Shown here in pieces: positions 1-12,089 of a stretch of DNA of 64,000 bases; the first letter of the stretch is position 1; every line of letters begins with the position of its first letter. The notes beneath the pieces were generated by a model, which did not search any database, had not been told where the DNA came from, and saw only the letters and a list, made by a program, of their open reading frames with translations. This DNA is from Mobula hypostoma (Eukaryota): contig NC_086108.1 of assembly GCF_963921235.1 (NCBI RefSeq), positions 35,218,001 to 35,282,000 on the forward strand, given 5' to 3'. The position numbers were made by a program, and so were the translations under genes.

Positions 1-751
1 TGAAAGTGGAATCACTCTTTGATGATATCCAAATTGGCATGGATCACAAGCACCGTTCTCTCTGAGCTGTGTGTGAGTGTGGCCTCGCAGTAACTAAAAT
101 GCTCCTGCGCACATAGCCTTTCTTGTCATGCAGCTGAAACTAGCTTTCATATAATGTGTCATGCTGTTTTCAGGACACATAAAAATTTCCTGCTCAGAGA
201 AATAATTGGACTGCGCAGCTGTACAAAAAGATTAGAGGGACTGTTGATCACAAGTCGCAATACCCATCCCAATTTTGTACCTTCACCTGGAAGTGTTTGC
301 AGCAGTATCTATCCATGGTATTATTACATCTTGGAGGATTGACAGTAAAATCAATTCCCAGGCTTATGTGGGATCTCATTCCAACATGAGTATCAATTAT
401 TATCTAATATCCCTCTTATTTGTCATTCCTCATTATTCACTCATACTGGAGAGCACACTGAGGTTCCTGTCTGGCTTATTTGAGTATGGTTAGGCGCAGG
501 ATCTCTCTCTCTTGCCCTCCCAATATGCTAAACTAACAGTCCCCAGTAATCTCAAACTGGGGCCCCCTTAGCTGAAGAATTGAATTCACCTAGGCAGCCA
601 TATAGACTGTTCTTTGCCTTGAATAAAGCACTGAGTGACCATGGGTTAGTGAACTGTGTACTTCAGTCAACAAAGCATCTACCTAATGATATCAACACAC
701 ACAAAATGCTGGTGAATGCAGCAGGCCAGGCAGCATCTACAGGAAGAAGTA

Positions 752-789
752 CAGTTGATGTTTCGGACCGAGACCCTTCGTCAGGACTA
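752..789 (-). ncRNA. Minimal type I hammerhead ribozyme motif (PLE type)
   Basis: Minus strand reads TAGTC-CTGACGA-AGGGTCTCGGTCC-GAAA-CATC-AACTG: CUGANGA/GAAA core, helix II, and helix I with one mismatch. Confidence 0.65.
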
Positions 790-1077
790 ACTGAAAGAAG
801 AGATAGTAAGAGATTTGAAAGTGAGAGGGGGAGGGAGAGATCCGAAATGATAGGAGAAGACAGGAGGGGGAGGGATGAAGCTGAGAGCTGGGAAGTTGAT
901 TGACAAAAGGGATACAAGGCTGGAGGAGGGAGAGGATCATGGAACGGGAGGCCTAGGGAGAAAGAAAGGGGGAGGGGAGCACCAGAGGAAAATGGAGAGC
1001 AGGCAAGGAGTTATTGTGAAAGGGATAGAGAGAGAAAAAAGAGAGAGGGAGAAAAGGGGGGTGGGGGGAGAGGAGAG

Positions 1078-1141
1078 AATAATAAATAAATAAATAAATA
1101 AATGAATGAATGAATGAATGAATGAATGAATGAATGAATAA
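1078..1141. repeat. (AAAT)n(GAAT)n microsatellite within the PLE arm
   Basis: Visible directly; expanded relative to the short TTAT run in the partner arm (~5605-5620). Confidence 0.9.
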
Positions 1142-1301
1142 GGGATGGGGTAAGAAGGGGAGGAGGGTCCTTAACGAAAGTTAGAGAAGTCAGTGTTCAT
1201 GTCATTAGGTTGGAGGCTACCCAGACGGAATAGAACCATAGAAACTACAGCACAGAAACAGGACTTTTGGCCCTTCTTGGCTATGCCGAACCATTTTCTG
1301 C

Positions 1302-4226
1302 CTAGTCCCACTGACCTGCACATGGACCATATCCCTCCATACACCTCCCATCCATGTATCTGTCCAATTTATTCTTAAATGTTAAAAAAGAACCCGCATT
1401 TACCACCTCGTCTGGCAGCTCATTCCATACTCCCACCACTCTCTGTGTGAAGAAGCCCCCCCTAATGTTCCCTTTAAACTTTTCCCCCCTCATCCTTAAC
1501 CCATGTCCTCTGGTTTTTTTCTCCCCTTGCCTCAGTGGAAAAAGCCTGCTTGCATTCACTCTATCTATACCCATCATAACTTTATATACCTCTATCAAAT
1601 CTCCCCTCATTCTTCTATGCTCCAGGGAATAAAGTCCTAACCTATTCAACCTTTCTCTGTAACTGAGTTTCTCAAGTCCCGGCAACAACCTTGTAAACCT
1701 TCTCTGCACTCTTTCAACCTTATTTATATCCTTCCTGTAATTTGGTGACCAAAACTGAACACAATACTCCAGATTCGGCCTCACCAATGCCTTATACAAC
1801 CTCATCATAACATTCCAGCTCTTATACTCAATACTTCGATTAATAAAGGCCAATGTACCAAAAGCTCTCTTTACGACCCTATCTACCTGTGACGACACTT
1901 TTGGGGAATTCTCTATCTGTATTCCCAGATCCCTCTGTTCCACTGTACTCCTCAGTGCCTAACCATTAACCCTGTATGTTCTACCTTGGTTTATCCTTCC
2001 AACGTGCAATACCTCACACTTGTCTGCATTAAACTCCATCTGCCATTTTTCAGCCCATTTTTCCAGCTGGTCCAAGTCCCTCTGCAGGCTCTAAAAACCT
2101 TCCTCACTGTCTACTACACCTCCAATCTTTGTATCATCAGCAAATTTGCTGATCCAATTTACCACATTATCATCCAGATGATTGATATAGATGACAAATA
2201 ACAATGGACCCAGCACTGATCCCTGTGGCACACCACTAGTCACAGGCCTCCACTCGGAGAAGCAATTCTCTACTACCACTCTTTGGCTTCTTTCATTGAG
2301 CCAATGTCTGATCCAATTTACCACCTCTCCATGTATACCTAGCGACTGAATTTTCCTAACTAACCTCCCATGCGGGACCTTGTCAAAGGCCTTACTGAAG
2401 TCCATGTAGACAATATCCACTGCTTTCCCTTCATCCACTTTCCTGGGAACCTCGTCGAAAAACTCCAATAGATTGGTCAAACATGACCTACCATCCACAA
2501 AGCCATGTTGACTCTCCCTAATAAGTCCCCGTCTATCCAAATGCTTGTAGATTCTGTCCCTTAATACTCCCTCCAATAACTTACCTACTACTGACATTAA
2601 ACTTACCGGCCTATAATTTCCCGGATTACTTTTCGATCCCTTTTTAAACAACGGAACAACATGAGCCACTCTCCAATCCTCCGGCACCTCACCTGTAGAC
2701 AGCGACATTTTGAATATTTCTGCCAGGGCCCCTGCAATTTCAACACCAGTCTCCTCCAAGGTCCGAGGGAACACCCTGTCAGGTCAGGGGGATTTATCCA
2801 CTTTAATTTTCCTCAAGACAGCAAGGACCTCCTCCTTTTCGATCTGTACAGTTTCCATGATCTCACTAATTGTTTCCCCTAATTCCATAGACTTCATGCC
2901 AGTTTCCTTAGTAAATACAGACGCAAAAAACCTATTTAAGATCTCCCCCATTTCCTTTGGTTCCGCACATAGGCGACCACTCTGATCTTCAAGAGGACTA
3001 ATTTTATCCCTTACAATCCTTTTGCTCTTAATATACCTGTAAAAGCTCTTTGGATTATCCTTCACTTTGACTGCCAAGGCAACCTCATGTCTTCTTTTAG
3101 CACTCCTGATTTCTTTCTTAAGTATTTTCTTGCACTTCTTATACTCTTCAAGCACGTTATTTACTCCCTGTTTCCTATACATGTCATACAACTCCCTCTT
3201 CTTCTTTATCAGAGTTGCAATATCCCTTGAGAACCAAGGTTCCTTATTTCTATTCACTTTGCCTTTAATCCTGACAGGAACATACAAATTCTGCACTCTC
3301 AAAATTTCTCCTTTGAAGGCTTCCCACCTACCGATCACATCCTTGCCAGAGAACAACCTGTCCCAATCCACGCTTTAGATCCTTTCTCATTTCTTCAAAT
3401 TTGGTCTTCTTCCAGTTAAGAACCTCAACCCTAGGACCAGATCTATCCTTGTCCATGATCAAGTTGAAACTAATGGTGTTATGATCACTGGAACCAAAGT
3501 GCTCCCCTACACAGACTTCCGTCACTTGTCCTAACTCGTTTCCTAACAGGAGATCCAATATTGCATCCCCTCTAGTTGGTCCCTCTATATATTGATTTAG
3601 AAAACTTTCCTGAACACATTTTACAAACTCTAAACCATCTAGACCCCTAACAGTATGGGAGTCCCATCAATATATGGAAAATTAAAATCCCCTACCACCA
3701 GAACTTTATGTTTCCTGCAGTTGTCTGCAATCTCTCTGCAGAATCGCTCTTCCAATTCTCGTTGACTATTGGGTGGTCTGTAATACAATCCTACTAATGT
3801 GGCCATACCTTTCCTGTTTCTCAGCTCCAACAATAAGGACTCAGAAGACAAGCCCTCTAATCTGTCCTGCCTGAGCACTGCTGTAATATTTTCCCTAACA
3901 AGCAATGCTACTCCCCCACCTTTCATTCCTCTGCCTCGATCACATCTGAAACATTGGAACCCTGGAATATTAAGCTGCCAGTCCTGCCCCTCCTGTAGCC
4001 AAGTTTCACTAATTGCTATAACGTCATAATTCCACGTGTCAATCCACGCCCTCAACTCACCCGCCTTCCCCGCAATACTCCTAGCATTGAAATATATACA
4101 TCTCAGAAGAATTTTACCACCATTCACAACCTTTCTATTAGCGGATTTGCTTGAACTTTTAACAATATTTATTTTCACCCCAGCCACACTGTCAGCTCTG
4201 GCACTCTGGTTCCCATCCCCCTGCAA
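1302..4226 (-). pseudogene. CR1 ORF2: APE endonuclease plus reverse transcriptase, frameshifted
   Basis: YFNARSI, ISETWL, YRPP, GDFN, SDHN (endonuclease); NYRPVSL, DFSKAFDKV, GVPQGSVLGP, KFADD (RT); LEYCVQFWSP C-terminus. Confidence 0.95.
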
Positions 4227-5155
4227 ATCCAGTTTAAAACCTCCCCAATAGCACTAACAAACCTCCCTGAAAGGATATTGGTCCCCCTGTAGTTCAAGTG
4301 TAACCCGTCTCTCTTGTGCAGGTCCCACCTGCCCCAGAAGAGGTCCCAATGATCCTGAAATCTGAAACCCTGCCTCCTACACCAGTTCCTCAGCCACTTG
4401 TTCATCCACCAGGGCATCCTATTCCTACCCTCACTGGCACGTAGCACAGGTAGCAATCCTGAGATTACCACCCTCGAGGTCCTGCTTTTCAACTTCCTAC
4501 CAAGCTCTCTATACTCACTGTCCAGGACCTCCCTTGTTATGTCATTGGTATCGATGTGCACCACGACATCTGGCTAGTCAACCTCCCACTTCAAAATGTC
4601 ATGCAAGTGATCTGAGACATCCTTGACCCTGGCACCTGGGAGGCAACAAACCATCCTGGATTCTCTGTCACGACCACAGAACCTCCTATCTGCACCTCTA
4701 ACTATCGAGTCCCCTATCACTACCGCTCTCCTCTTTCCTCTCCCCACCTTCTGCACTGCAGAGCCAGACTCAGTGCCAGAGATCTGGCTACTGCAGCTTG
4801 TCCCAGGTAAGTCATCCCCCCCAATAGTATCCAATGCGGTATACTTGTTGTTGAGGTGAATGGCCACAGGGGAACCCTGCTCTGCCTGCCCTTTCCCCTT
4901 CCCTTGCCTGACAGTGACCCAATTTCCTGTGCTCTGCTCCTTTGGCGTAACTACCTCCCTATAGCTACTATCTATAATCTCCTCATTCTCCCGAATGATC
5001 CGCAGGTCATCCAGCTCCTGCACCAGTTCCCTAACGCGGTTTGTCAGGAGCTGCAGCTGGATACACTTCTTGCAGGTGTCATTGTCAGGGACACCGGAGG
5101 GCTCCCTGACTTCCCACATCCTGCAAGAGGAGCATTCCAACATCCTGTCTGGCAT
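4175..5155 (-). pseudogene. CR1 ORF1: N-terminal zinc finger/coiled coil plus SGNH esterase domain, one in-frame stop
   Basis: CSSC..CKKC, GDSIVR, CLPGA, HIDTND and DGLHLN motifs typical of CR1 esterase ORF1. Confidence 0.9.
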
Positions 5156-5318
5156 TCTCTCTACTCTAAACTATCTGAACAAAAAAAAACTTACCAGAAC
5201 CTACCCTGGCCTCTGCCTGTTTGAGCCGAAGCCTGTTTGAGCCAAAGCCGTCCCACTCTGACTCAGTCCACTCCGACGATGGCCGCTGCAACAATGGCCG
5301 CTGCATATGGAGGTCTGC

Positions 5319-5513
5319 TTTTAAACCTTGGTGCGCTACGTCACGCGCCTGCGCAGTGCAGACCCTTCTCCCCCAGCAGTGTTAAAAAAAACGACTTTTT
5401 CTACCCGATTTCTTCCACTCGCTTCTTCAGCTGCTTGCTTCAACTGAAACAAGAACCGTTGAAATTTTCTCTTTTTAAACCTTGGCGCGCTACGTCATGC
5501 GCCTGCGCAGTGC
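5319..5513 (-). promoter_or_regulatory. CR1 5'UTR with two 41-bp direct repeats (5319-5359, 5473-5513); putative internal Pol II promoter monomers
   Basis: Repeats match at 39/41; minus strand reads TGCGCAGGCGC (NRF1-like), TGACGT (CRE-like), TTTAAAA (TATA-like). Confidence 0.55.
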
Positions 5514-5517
5514 TTTT

Positions 5518-6025
5518 CCTTATATTCCCTCTGTGTAGCCTCCAGCCTGATGGCATGAACATTGACCTCTCTAACTTCCGTTAATGCCCCTCCTCCCCTT
5601 CTTACCCCATCCCTTATTTATTTATTATTCTCCCCCCCCTCTCTTTTTTCTCTCTCTATCCCTCTCACAATAACTCCTTGCCTGCTCTCCATCTTCCTCT
5701 GGTGCTCTCCTCCCCCTTTCTTTCTCCCTAGGCCTCCCGTTCCATGATCCTCTCCCTTCTCCAGCCTTGTATCCCTTTTGTCAATCAACTTCCAGCTCTT
5801 AGCTTCACCCCTCCCCCTCCTGTCTTCTCCTATCATTTCGGATCTCCCCCTCCCCTCCCACTTTCAAATCTCTTACTATCTCTTCCTTCAGTTAGTCCTG
5901 ACGAAGGGTCTTGGCCCGAAACATCGACTGCACCTCTTCCTATAGATGCTGCCTGGCCTGCTGCGTTCCACCAGCATTTTGTGTGTGTTGCTTGAATTTC
6001 CAGCATCTGCAGATTTCCTCATGTT
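5518..6025 (+). mobile_element. Penelope-like element 3' end, right arm with 3' tail extension
   Basis: Encodes the GIY-YIG C-terminus LIFPLCSLQPDGMNIDLSNFR*, then a pyrimidine-rich UTR, hammerhead motif and a ~35-nt tail absent from the left arm; followed by the TSD. Confidence 0.88.
5893..5930 (+). ncRNA. Minimal type I hammerhead ribozyme motif (PLE type)
   Basis: TAGTC-CTGACGA-A-GGGTC-TT-GGCCC-GAAA-CATC-GACTG: intact core, helix II and helix I pairing. Confidence 0.72.
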
Positions 6026-6689
6026 TACCTAATGATATATTTGATTCCAGAGAATTTTTGACAATGGATCAATGCTGGCACAATGACCAAGCAACAACCC
6101 CATTGAATTTGGAATCACTTTTCACAAATCTAACCCAAGCCAGCTCCCTGTAATGTTTCCGTTGCAGGCGTGATAGATTGCATTGAAATAGGAAGCCAAT
6201 CCAGATGAACAATGCTCCAGCTGGAGCGTCACACTGTGAAAAGCCAATAAGAAAATAAGACAAACTCACTGTGTTGTGCTGGTCTTTTTCTTGGTGGGTT
6301 TTCCTTTGTGAATTCCGTAGTCAGGTAAGCTCTCTGTCGGAAGCTGTGACAAGCTGAGCTATGGAAACAGAAGAAGCAGACCTTTCTTTATATAAAAGTG
6401 CAGATCAATACAGTTTCTTAAGAATATTTAAAGTGCTATTTCCTGATTGAGATTAGAAAGTGATATAAGGAAGGTACTCCTTTGCCTACAGCTCAAAAAT
6501 ATTTGTCATCCATCATTAACTAATCTTGTAAATTGTGTGCATTTTACTGACTCATTAGCGGCTAGGACATATTAGTCTCTTATTTATTGTGTGTCTCCCA
6601 TCTTCTCAAAAATGATTGATGGCAGTTTGAACAAAGATAACCTGTTTTGATTTTTGCATGAAATCTGACTTTACCTTTCAGTAAAAGTA

Positions 6690-7060
6690 TTCCCTCCCCC
6701 CACCTTTTATTTTATTCCCCACTCTGGCCTCTTCCCTCTTCTCACCTGCCTATCACCCCCTGGTGCACTTCCTCCTTCCCCTTCTCCTATGGTCCACTCC
6801 CTTCTCATATCAGATTCCTTCCTCTCCAGCCCTTTACTTTCCCACCCACCTGGCTTCACCTATCACCTGCTAGCTATCCTTCTTCCCTTCCCCCCACCTT
6901 TTTATTATGGCATCTTCCTCCTCCCTTTCCAGACCCGAAGAAGGGTCTTGGCCCAAGACGTCAACTGTTCATTTCCATGGATGCCTGAGTTGCTGAGTTC
7001 CTCCAGCATTTAGTGTACGTTGCTTTGAATTTCCAGCATCTGCAGAATTTCTTATGTTTT
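6690..7060 (+). mobile_element. Older PLE 3' fragment with degenerate hammerhead
   Basis: Similar to 5600-6025; CCGAAGAAGGGTCTTGGCCCAAGACGTCAACTG at ~6935-6968. Confidence 0.75.
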
Positions 7061-8139
7061 TGATCATTGTGCTCAGAATGAATTCAACTATGTGTGAATG
7101 ACATAATTTGTTTTGTCTCTGGATTATGTGCAGTTCACTGAATTTTTAGGATTCATGGTAAGAGCACTCCTACTTCAAAAACATGCTATAGCATTTTCTG
7201 TTTGTGCTTTTAGTTTCTTTTTCTATTGGATAGAGATGACTATATTTGCCTCAGAAACAGAGGAATTCTTAATGAAGAACAACCCAACCTTCATTTATCA
7301 TTTCCTGACGGCCGAAGCTGTTGGATAAAAACACCAGATCACAGACTAAGCACATTTTTAGAGAGAGAAGAAATAATAACACATGCAAAATGCGATGGAA
7401 AATGGATTGCTGGGAACACTCGGGGGCACCAGTCACGGTCCAAAATAGCTTGCAATTTGCAATGCTGATAGCCTCTTTGGGAATTTACAGAACCAAACTA
7501 TGCTAGGCAGCTGTTGAGTTTATTGCCACTGAACAATGAAGAGCTGTATCACATGCTGAGGGAAGCGCTACTCTTAATAAGAGGGCTGCTTCAAATTAAT
7601 TTCACACAATGATGAAGCCGTCTGAGGCTGGCTACCTATTTGTGATGTACGAGATTGCTTGCACAATTTGTAGGACTGACCTGCCGACAGTACTCAGAAA
7701 GTGGAGAGTAGTACCAGAGGAATGAACAAAAGCTCTGAAAAACCTGGAATCAGGGTGTAGGCGCCCGAGACTCTGAATCACTATTCAAGTGGATGCACGT
7801 TCTGGCCTCTCATGCATTCCTAATTTTTTATTGTCGACCATCCCTGTGCTGGTGGGGTCAGGAATTCCCACTAAACTACCCCGCACATCCTCCTTTCTCA
7901 AGACCTTCCTAAAGTCTCCTTGGGCTAAGCTGTTGCCTTATTTTCTGAAATCTTTGCGTGTAGTCTGGTGTCAAATAATGTGATAATCCAGAAATAAAAA
8001 GCTTTAGGACAATTGCCCACATTGTTAGCAGTGGACTTTAAGTTCCACAGCACCTCAAAATGACATTAAGGTGTTGCTGTGTTGGATGCCTTGGTCTGCT
8101 GTGTTCTAAAAGTGTTCCAATGCACGTGTCTTAGGGCAT

Positions 8140-9215
8140 CATAGAATATAGGACATATAACAGTATAACACAGCACAGGCCTTTTGTCCAATGACGTTGT
8201 GCAATCTATACAAATAAACCTACAAGATCAATCTAACCCTTCCCTGCTATGCAGTCTAAACCCTCCATTTTTCATTGTCCATGTGTCTATTCATGAATTT
8301 CTTAAATATTCCTTTTGGATCTCCCTCTACCACCACCGCCAGCAGTGCATTCCAGACACATCACTGTGTGTGTAAAAAACCTACCTCTAACATCTTCCCT
8401 AGACTTTCCTTCATTCAGGTGTCTTGTGGTATTGGCCACTGCCGCCCTGGCTGTCTGCTCTATTTATGCCTCTCATAATCCTAACACACCACAACCAAGC
8501 CACCTCTCAATGCCCTTTGCTCCAAAGAGAAAAGCCCTAACTCGCTCAGTCTCTCTTCATAAAATATATCTCTAACCCAGGGATAAGCCTAATAAATCCC
8601 CTCTGCTTCCATGTCTTTCCTATGATGAGACAATCAGAAAATTTAGTGTGACTCTGTTTCAGTGCCAGCGACCCAGGTTCAGTTCCGCAGCTGTGTGTAA
8701 GGAGTTTGTACATTTTCCCCATGACCATGAGGGTTTCCTCTGGGTGCTCTGTCATCCTCCCACATTCCAAAGACGTACGGTTTAGTAGATTAATTGTTCA
8801 CATGGGTGTAATTGGGTGGTGTGGGCTCATTGGTCTGGAAGAGCCTGTTGCTGTATCTCTAAATTAAATAAAATACTCAAAGTGTGATCTAACCAGAGTT
8901 TTATAGAGCTTCAAAGCTGTTGAACTCATTTTCCTGACGACTGAAGGCTAGCCCACCACACGTCTACTTAACCACCCTATAAACTTACATGACAACTTTA
9001 GAGGACCTATGGACTTGGACACCAAGATCCTTCTGTTTCTCCACACTGCCAGTAATCCTGCCATTAACCTTGTTCTCTGACTTTAAGTTCCATCTTCCAA
9101 AGTGCATCATTACATACTTTCCTGGATTGAGTTCCATCTGCCACCTCTCCATCCAAATCAGCATCCTGTCTACATCCCACTGCAACCTACAGCAACCTTC
9201 TATAGTCAGTCTCTG
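8140..9215 (-). mobile_element. Degenerate CR1 3' fragment interrupted by a SINE
   Basis: ORF 8985-9185 (WQMELNPGK..HFGR..QKDLGVQVHRS) and a CR1-type tail near 8140-8190. Confidence 0.8.
8645..8875 (+). mobile_element. tRNA-derived V-SINE (HE1-like)
   Basis: B-box-like GGTTCAGTTCC and V-domain GGGTTTCCTCTGGGTGCTCTG..CCTCCCACATTCCAAAGACGT; homologous to 49092-49398. Confidence 0.75.
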
Positions 9216-9783
9216 ATAGGATTATACACTTGGGGATGTCAGTTGTCGGTAGGATAAGGAGGCAGGGCTCATGCAGGAGGGCTGGCAATCACAGGCTATA
9301 TTGGGAAACTGAAAGGTCCACCAAATTGGTAATTTCCTGAAGGCTTTGTATGTGGGTTTGTGGAATTTTGGAAGATTACTGCTTAAACCAGGATCACTCC
9401 AGAAAAAGAAGGAAGCCTGTGACTCCATGATGATCAGGAGTCTTGATCCCTTTGAACTAATGCCAATGCTGGCCTTAACTTTCTCTGTTGGGAAGAAATG
9501 CAATTACATCTTTCTTTCTGTTTAGTGCCTGTTTTATTGAATCATTCATTGATAAGATTTAGAACCACCTTAGTATTGAGCTGGCATATCTTGGCAGCAC
9601 AAAGCAATTGTTCTTTGTGGCACATACTGTCTAATTGTACATAAATGTCTGTCTGTTTGCTAGGGACATTCCAAGTTTGGGATGGAGGGGGTTATGTGTA
9701 AATCATGTAACTTTTTATTGTTTTGGGTGGGTTTATCTAAAGCCAGAATGAACATAATCTTTACCATACTACCACTTCAAAGT

Positions 9784-10003
9784 GGGATCAGAAGATGTAG
9801 GATCCTTGTAAGTAGAGGTTAAAAAAATTCAAAGGTAAGAAGACCCTGATGGGAGTTATATTCAGGACTCTGAACAGTAGCCAGAATGTGGGCTACAAAT
9901 TACAAGGGTGATAGAAAATCTATGTAAAAAATGCAATGTTACAATGGTCATGAGAGACTTCAATACTCAAGACGCAGGCTTCCCTAAAGGTTAACTTGCA
10001 GGG
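9784..10003 (+). repeat. Local copy of the internally deleted CR1 segment at 11576-11784
   Basis: Direct alignment; shares the same deletion junction; bounded by GGGATCAG at 9784 and 10001. Confidence 0.8.
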
Positions 10004-10099
10004 ATCAGTTTGAACTTTTGGGATTCCTACAGCCTTCAACTCTGTCAGTCAAGGGCTACCATGGAATGCTATCCTCAGATTGAATGCTCACAGATGTAT

Positions 10100-10320
10100 G
10101 AAGAAAGAAGAAAAAGGCCCTTAACTTCGAGTGGAGTCATCGGGACGCCATCATTGACAGCGTTTTTTTAGCAGGCTTTCTTATTTTTACGGGGCCGAGC
10201 TGCTAGCTCAATGCTCAACCCAGCACGAATGGAAAGCGTGCAAGGGAGCCGGCTGGACTCGAACTCGGGAGCCTTTGCTCCGAAGTCCGGCGCTGGTGCC
10301 ACTATGTCACCAGCCGGCCA
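10100..10320 (-). mobile_element. tRNA-derived SINE with TCT-rich tail and 12-bp TSD
   Basis: Minus strand starts GGCCGGCTGGTGACATAGTGG (A box) ... GAGTTCGAGTCC (B box); TCACAGATGTAT (10088-10099) and TCACAGGTGTAT (10321-10332). Confidence 0.8.
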
Positions 10321-10964
10321 TCACAGGTGTATAGCACACCCAATCTCTGTGCACCCTAATGTCAAGCAGACATTCAGGAGAGTGAGTCCAAGAGAACTTC
10401 ACTCTTCTGATACAATGTTTACACTTTTTAAACACAAACTTTAAGTGTTTAATTACCGTTCCAATGGCTATAATCACCCGCTTAACTTTAACATCTTGAA
10501 TATAGTCAGTTAACTTTACAGAACTGCATATTTACAATCGTTGCACATCCCAATCTGCAGAAACCTTTTGAATATTCAATACTAGAATTTATCCTGAAAG
10601 TTTCCGAGCACAAACTCCAGACACCCAGAATATAAATCTTCTGTTATTGTGTTGATTACACAACAAGCCAGAATGTTAAGTGACAAAATAGACCTGCCCT
10701 GTACAGTACATTAAGTGCCAGTGATACACCTTTAACAATGTGGTAATACAGGAGATAGACACTTAATTATCTTCCTGATCTCATTCTGAAGTTTTCAATG
10801 ATCAATGATTAACATGAACTATTGTCTTCCCCTGTTGTGTTTCATTGACTGGTTTTACTAGTCACAAATATCAGTTGGAAGTCATATTATGCACATGTTT
10901 TATTTCCTGAAGAATGGTTGTCATTTTAATTATTTCATTATATGCTGTCCTTAATTTCATAACT

Positions 10965-12075
10965 CCAGAACATCCGGGCAGGTTTGTTAGAGCTGTCGGG
11001 GAGGGTTTAAACTAGTATGATGGATGGGAAATAGTGTGATAGGGCAGAAGATGAGGCAGTTGGTGTACAAGTAGATGAAGTGTGTAGTGAATCTGTGAAG
11101 GATAGGTAGATGATAGGGCAAAATTACAGTCAGTAGGATGGGTTGAAATGCATCTTTAATCTAAATAGTAGGTTCAACAGTACGACAGTTTGGAAAAGTG
11201 AGGATACAGTAACAGGGAAGGAGAGTGCAGCAGAGGTTACATAAATCTCCAGGATAAATAAAAGTTCAGAGAGGGATAAGTATTTAAATTCTGGTAACAT
11301 GGTAGCAAAATTGAAAAGGTGATGAATACGGGACTGAAGGTGTTATATCTGAACGCACACACTATATAGAATAAAGTGGATGATCATGTTGCACGGTTAC
11401 GAAATGGTGGGTATGATGCTGTGGCCATCACTGAGTCATGGTTGAAAGAAGATTATAATTGGGAACTTGACGTTCAAGGATGCAGATTGTATCAAAAGGA
11501 CAGGCAGGTAGGCAGAGGGAATGGAGTGGCCCTGTTGGTAAAAAGTGAAATTAATTCCTTGGAAAGAGATGATATGGGATCAGAAGATGTAGAATCCTTG
11601 TAAGTAGAGGTTAAAATAATTAAAGGATAAAAAGACTCTGATTGGGAATTATATACAGGACTCTGAATAGTAGCCAGGATGTGGCTACAAACTACAAGGG
11701 GTGATAGAAAAAAGGCAATGTTACAATGGTCATGAGAGACTTCAATATTCAACATGCAGGCTTCCCTAAAGGTTAACTTGCGGGCTGAGTTGCTAGTAAG
11801 GAAGGCAAATGCATTGGTATCATTCATTTCAAGTGGACTAGAATATAAAGGCAAAGACGTAATGCTGAGGCTTTAAAAGGCATTGGTCAGACTGCACGTG
11901 GAGTATTGTCAGCAGCTTTGGGCCAATTATCTAAGAAAGGATGTGCTGGCGTTGAAGAGAGTCCAGTGGATGTTCAAGGGGAATGATCCTGGGAGTGAAA
12001 GGATTAACATATGTGGTGTGTTTGAGGAAAACCGATAGGCCAAGGCCTATTCTGTTCCCATGTCTAATGGTCTTA
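10965..12075 (+). mobile_element. Degenerate, internally deleted CR1
   Basis: ORF 11376-11603 (YDAVAITESWL..DRQVGRGNGVALLVK) endonuclease remnant joined to late ORF2 and 3' end. Confidence 0.8.
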
Positions 12076-12089
12076 AGGTAATCCCTAAC

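Larger units (their letters stand above)
693..1232 (-). mobile_element. Penelope-like element 3' end (pseudo-LTR), inverted left arm of a fold-back insertion
   Basis: Reverse complement of ~5521-5990. Preceded by TACCTAATGATAT (680-692), which recurs at 6026-6038. Confidence 0.85.
1231..5517 (-). mobile_element. Full-length CR1 LINE (5'UTR, ORF1, ORF2, 3'UTR with CTATGGTT-type tail), inactivated
   Basis: ORF1 pieces 4574-5155 and 4175-4564; ORF2 pieces 3639-4226, 3328-3558, 2784-3371, 2091-2774, 1302-1943 in collinear order; CR1 3' end at 1231-1300. Confidence 0.95.

Noticed and set aside
580..1093. ORFs 580-903, 663-917, 875-1093 and their mirrors at 5562-6153 as host genes
   Set aside because: They are translations of the low-complexity PLE 3'UTR; they mirror each other because of the inverted repeat.
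6280..6330. CAGGTAAG splice donor as evidence of an exon
   Set aside because: No convincing upstream acceptor and reading frame; such motifs occur by chance.
10230..10320. tRNA gene (also 40150-40230 and 49092-49165)
   Set aside because: The A/B boxes are SINE heads continuing into SINE bodies and tails; no intact cloverleaf.
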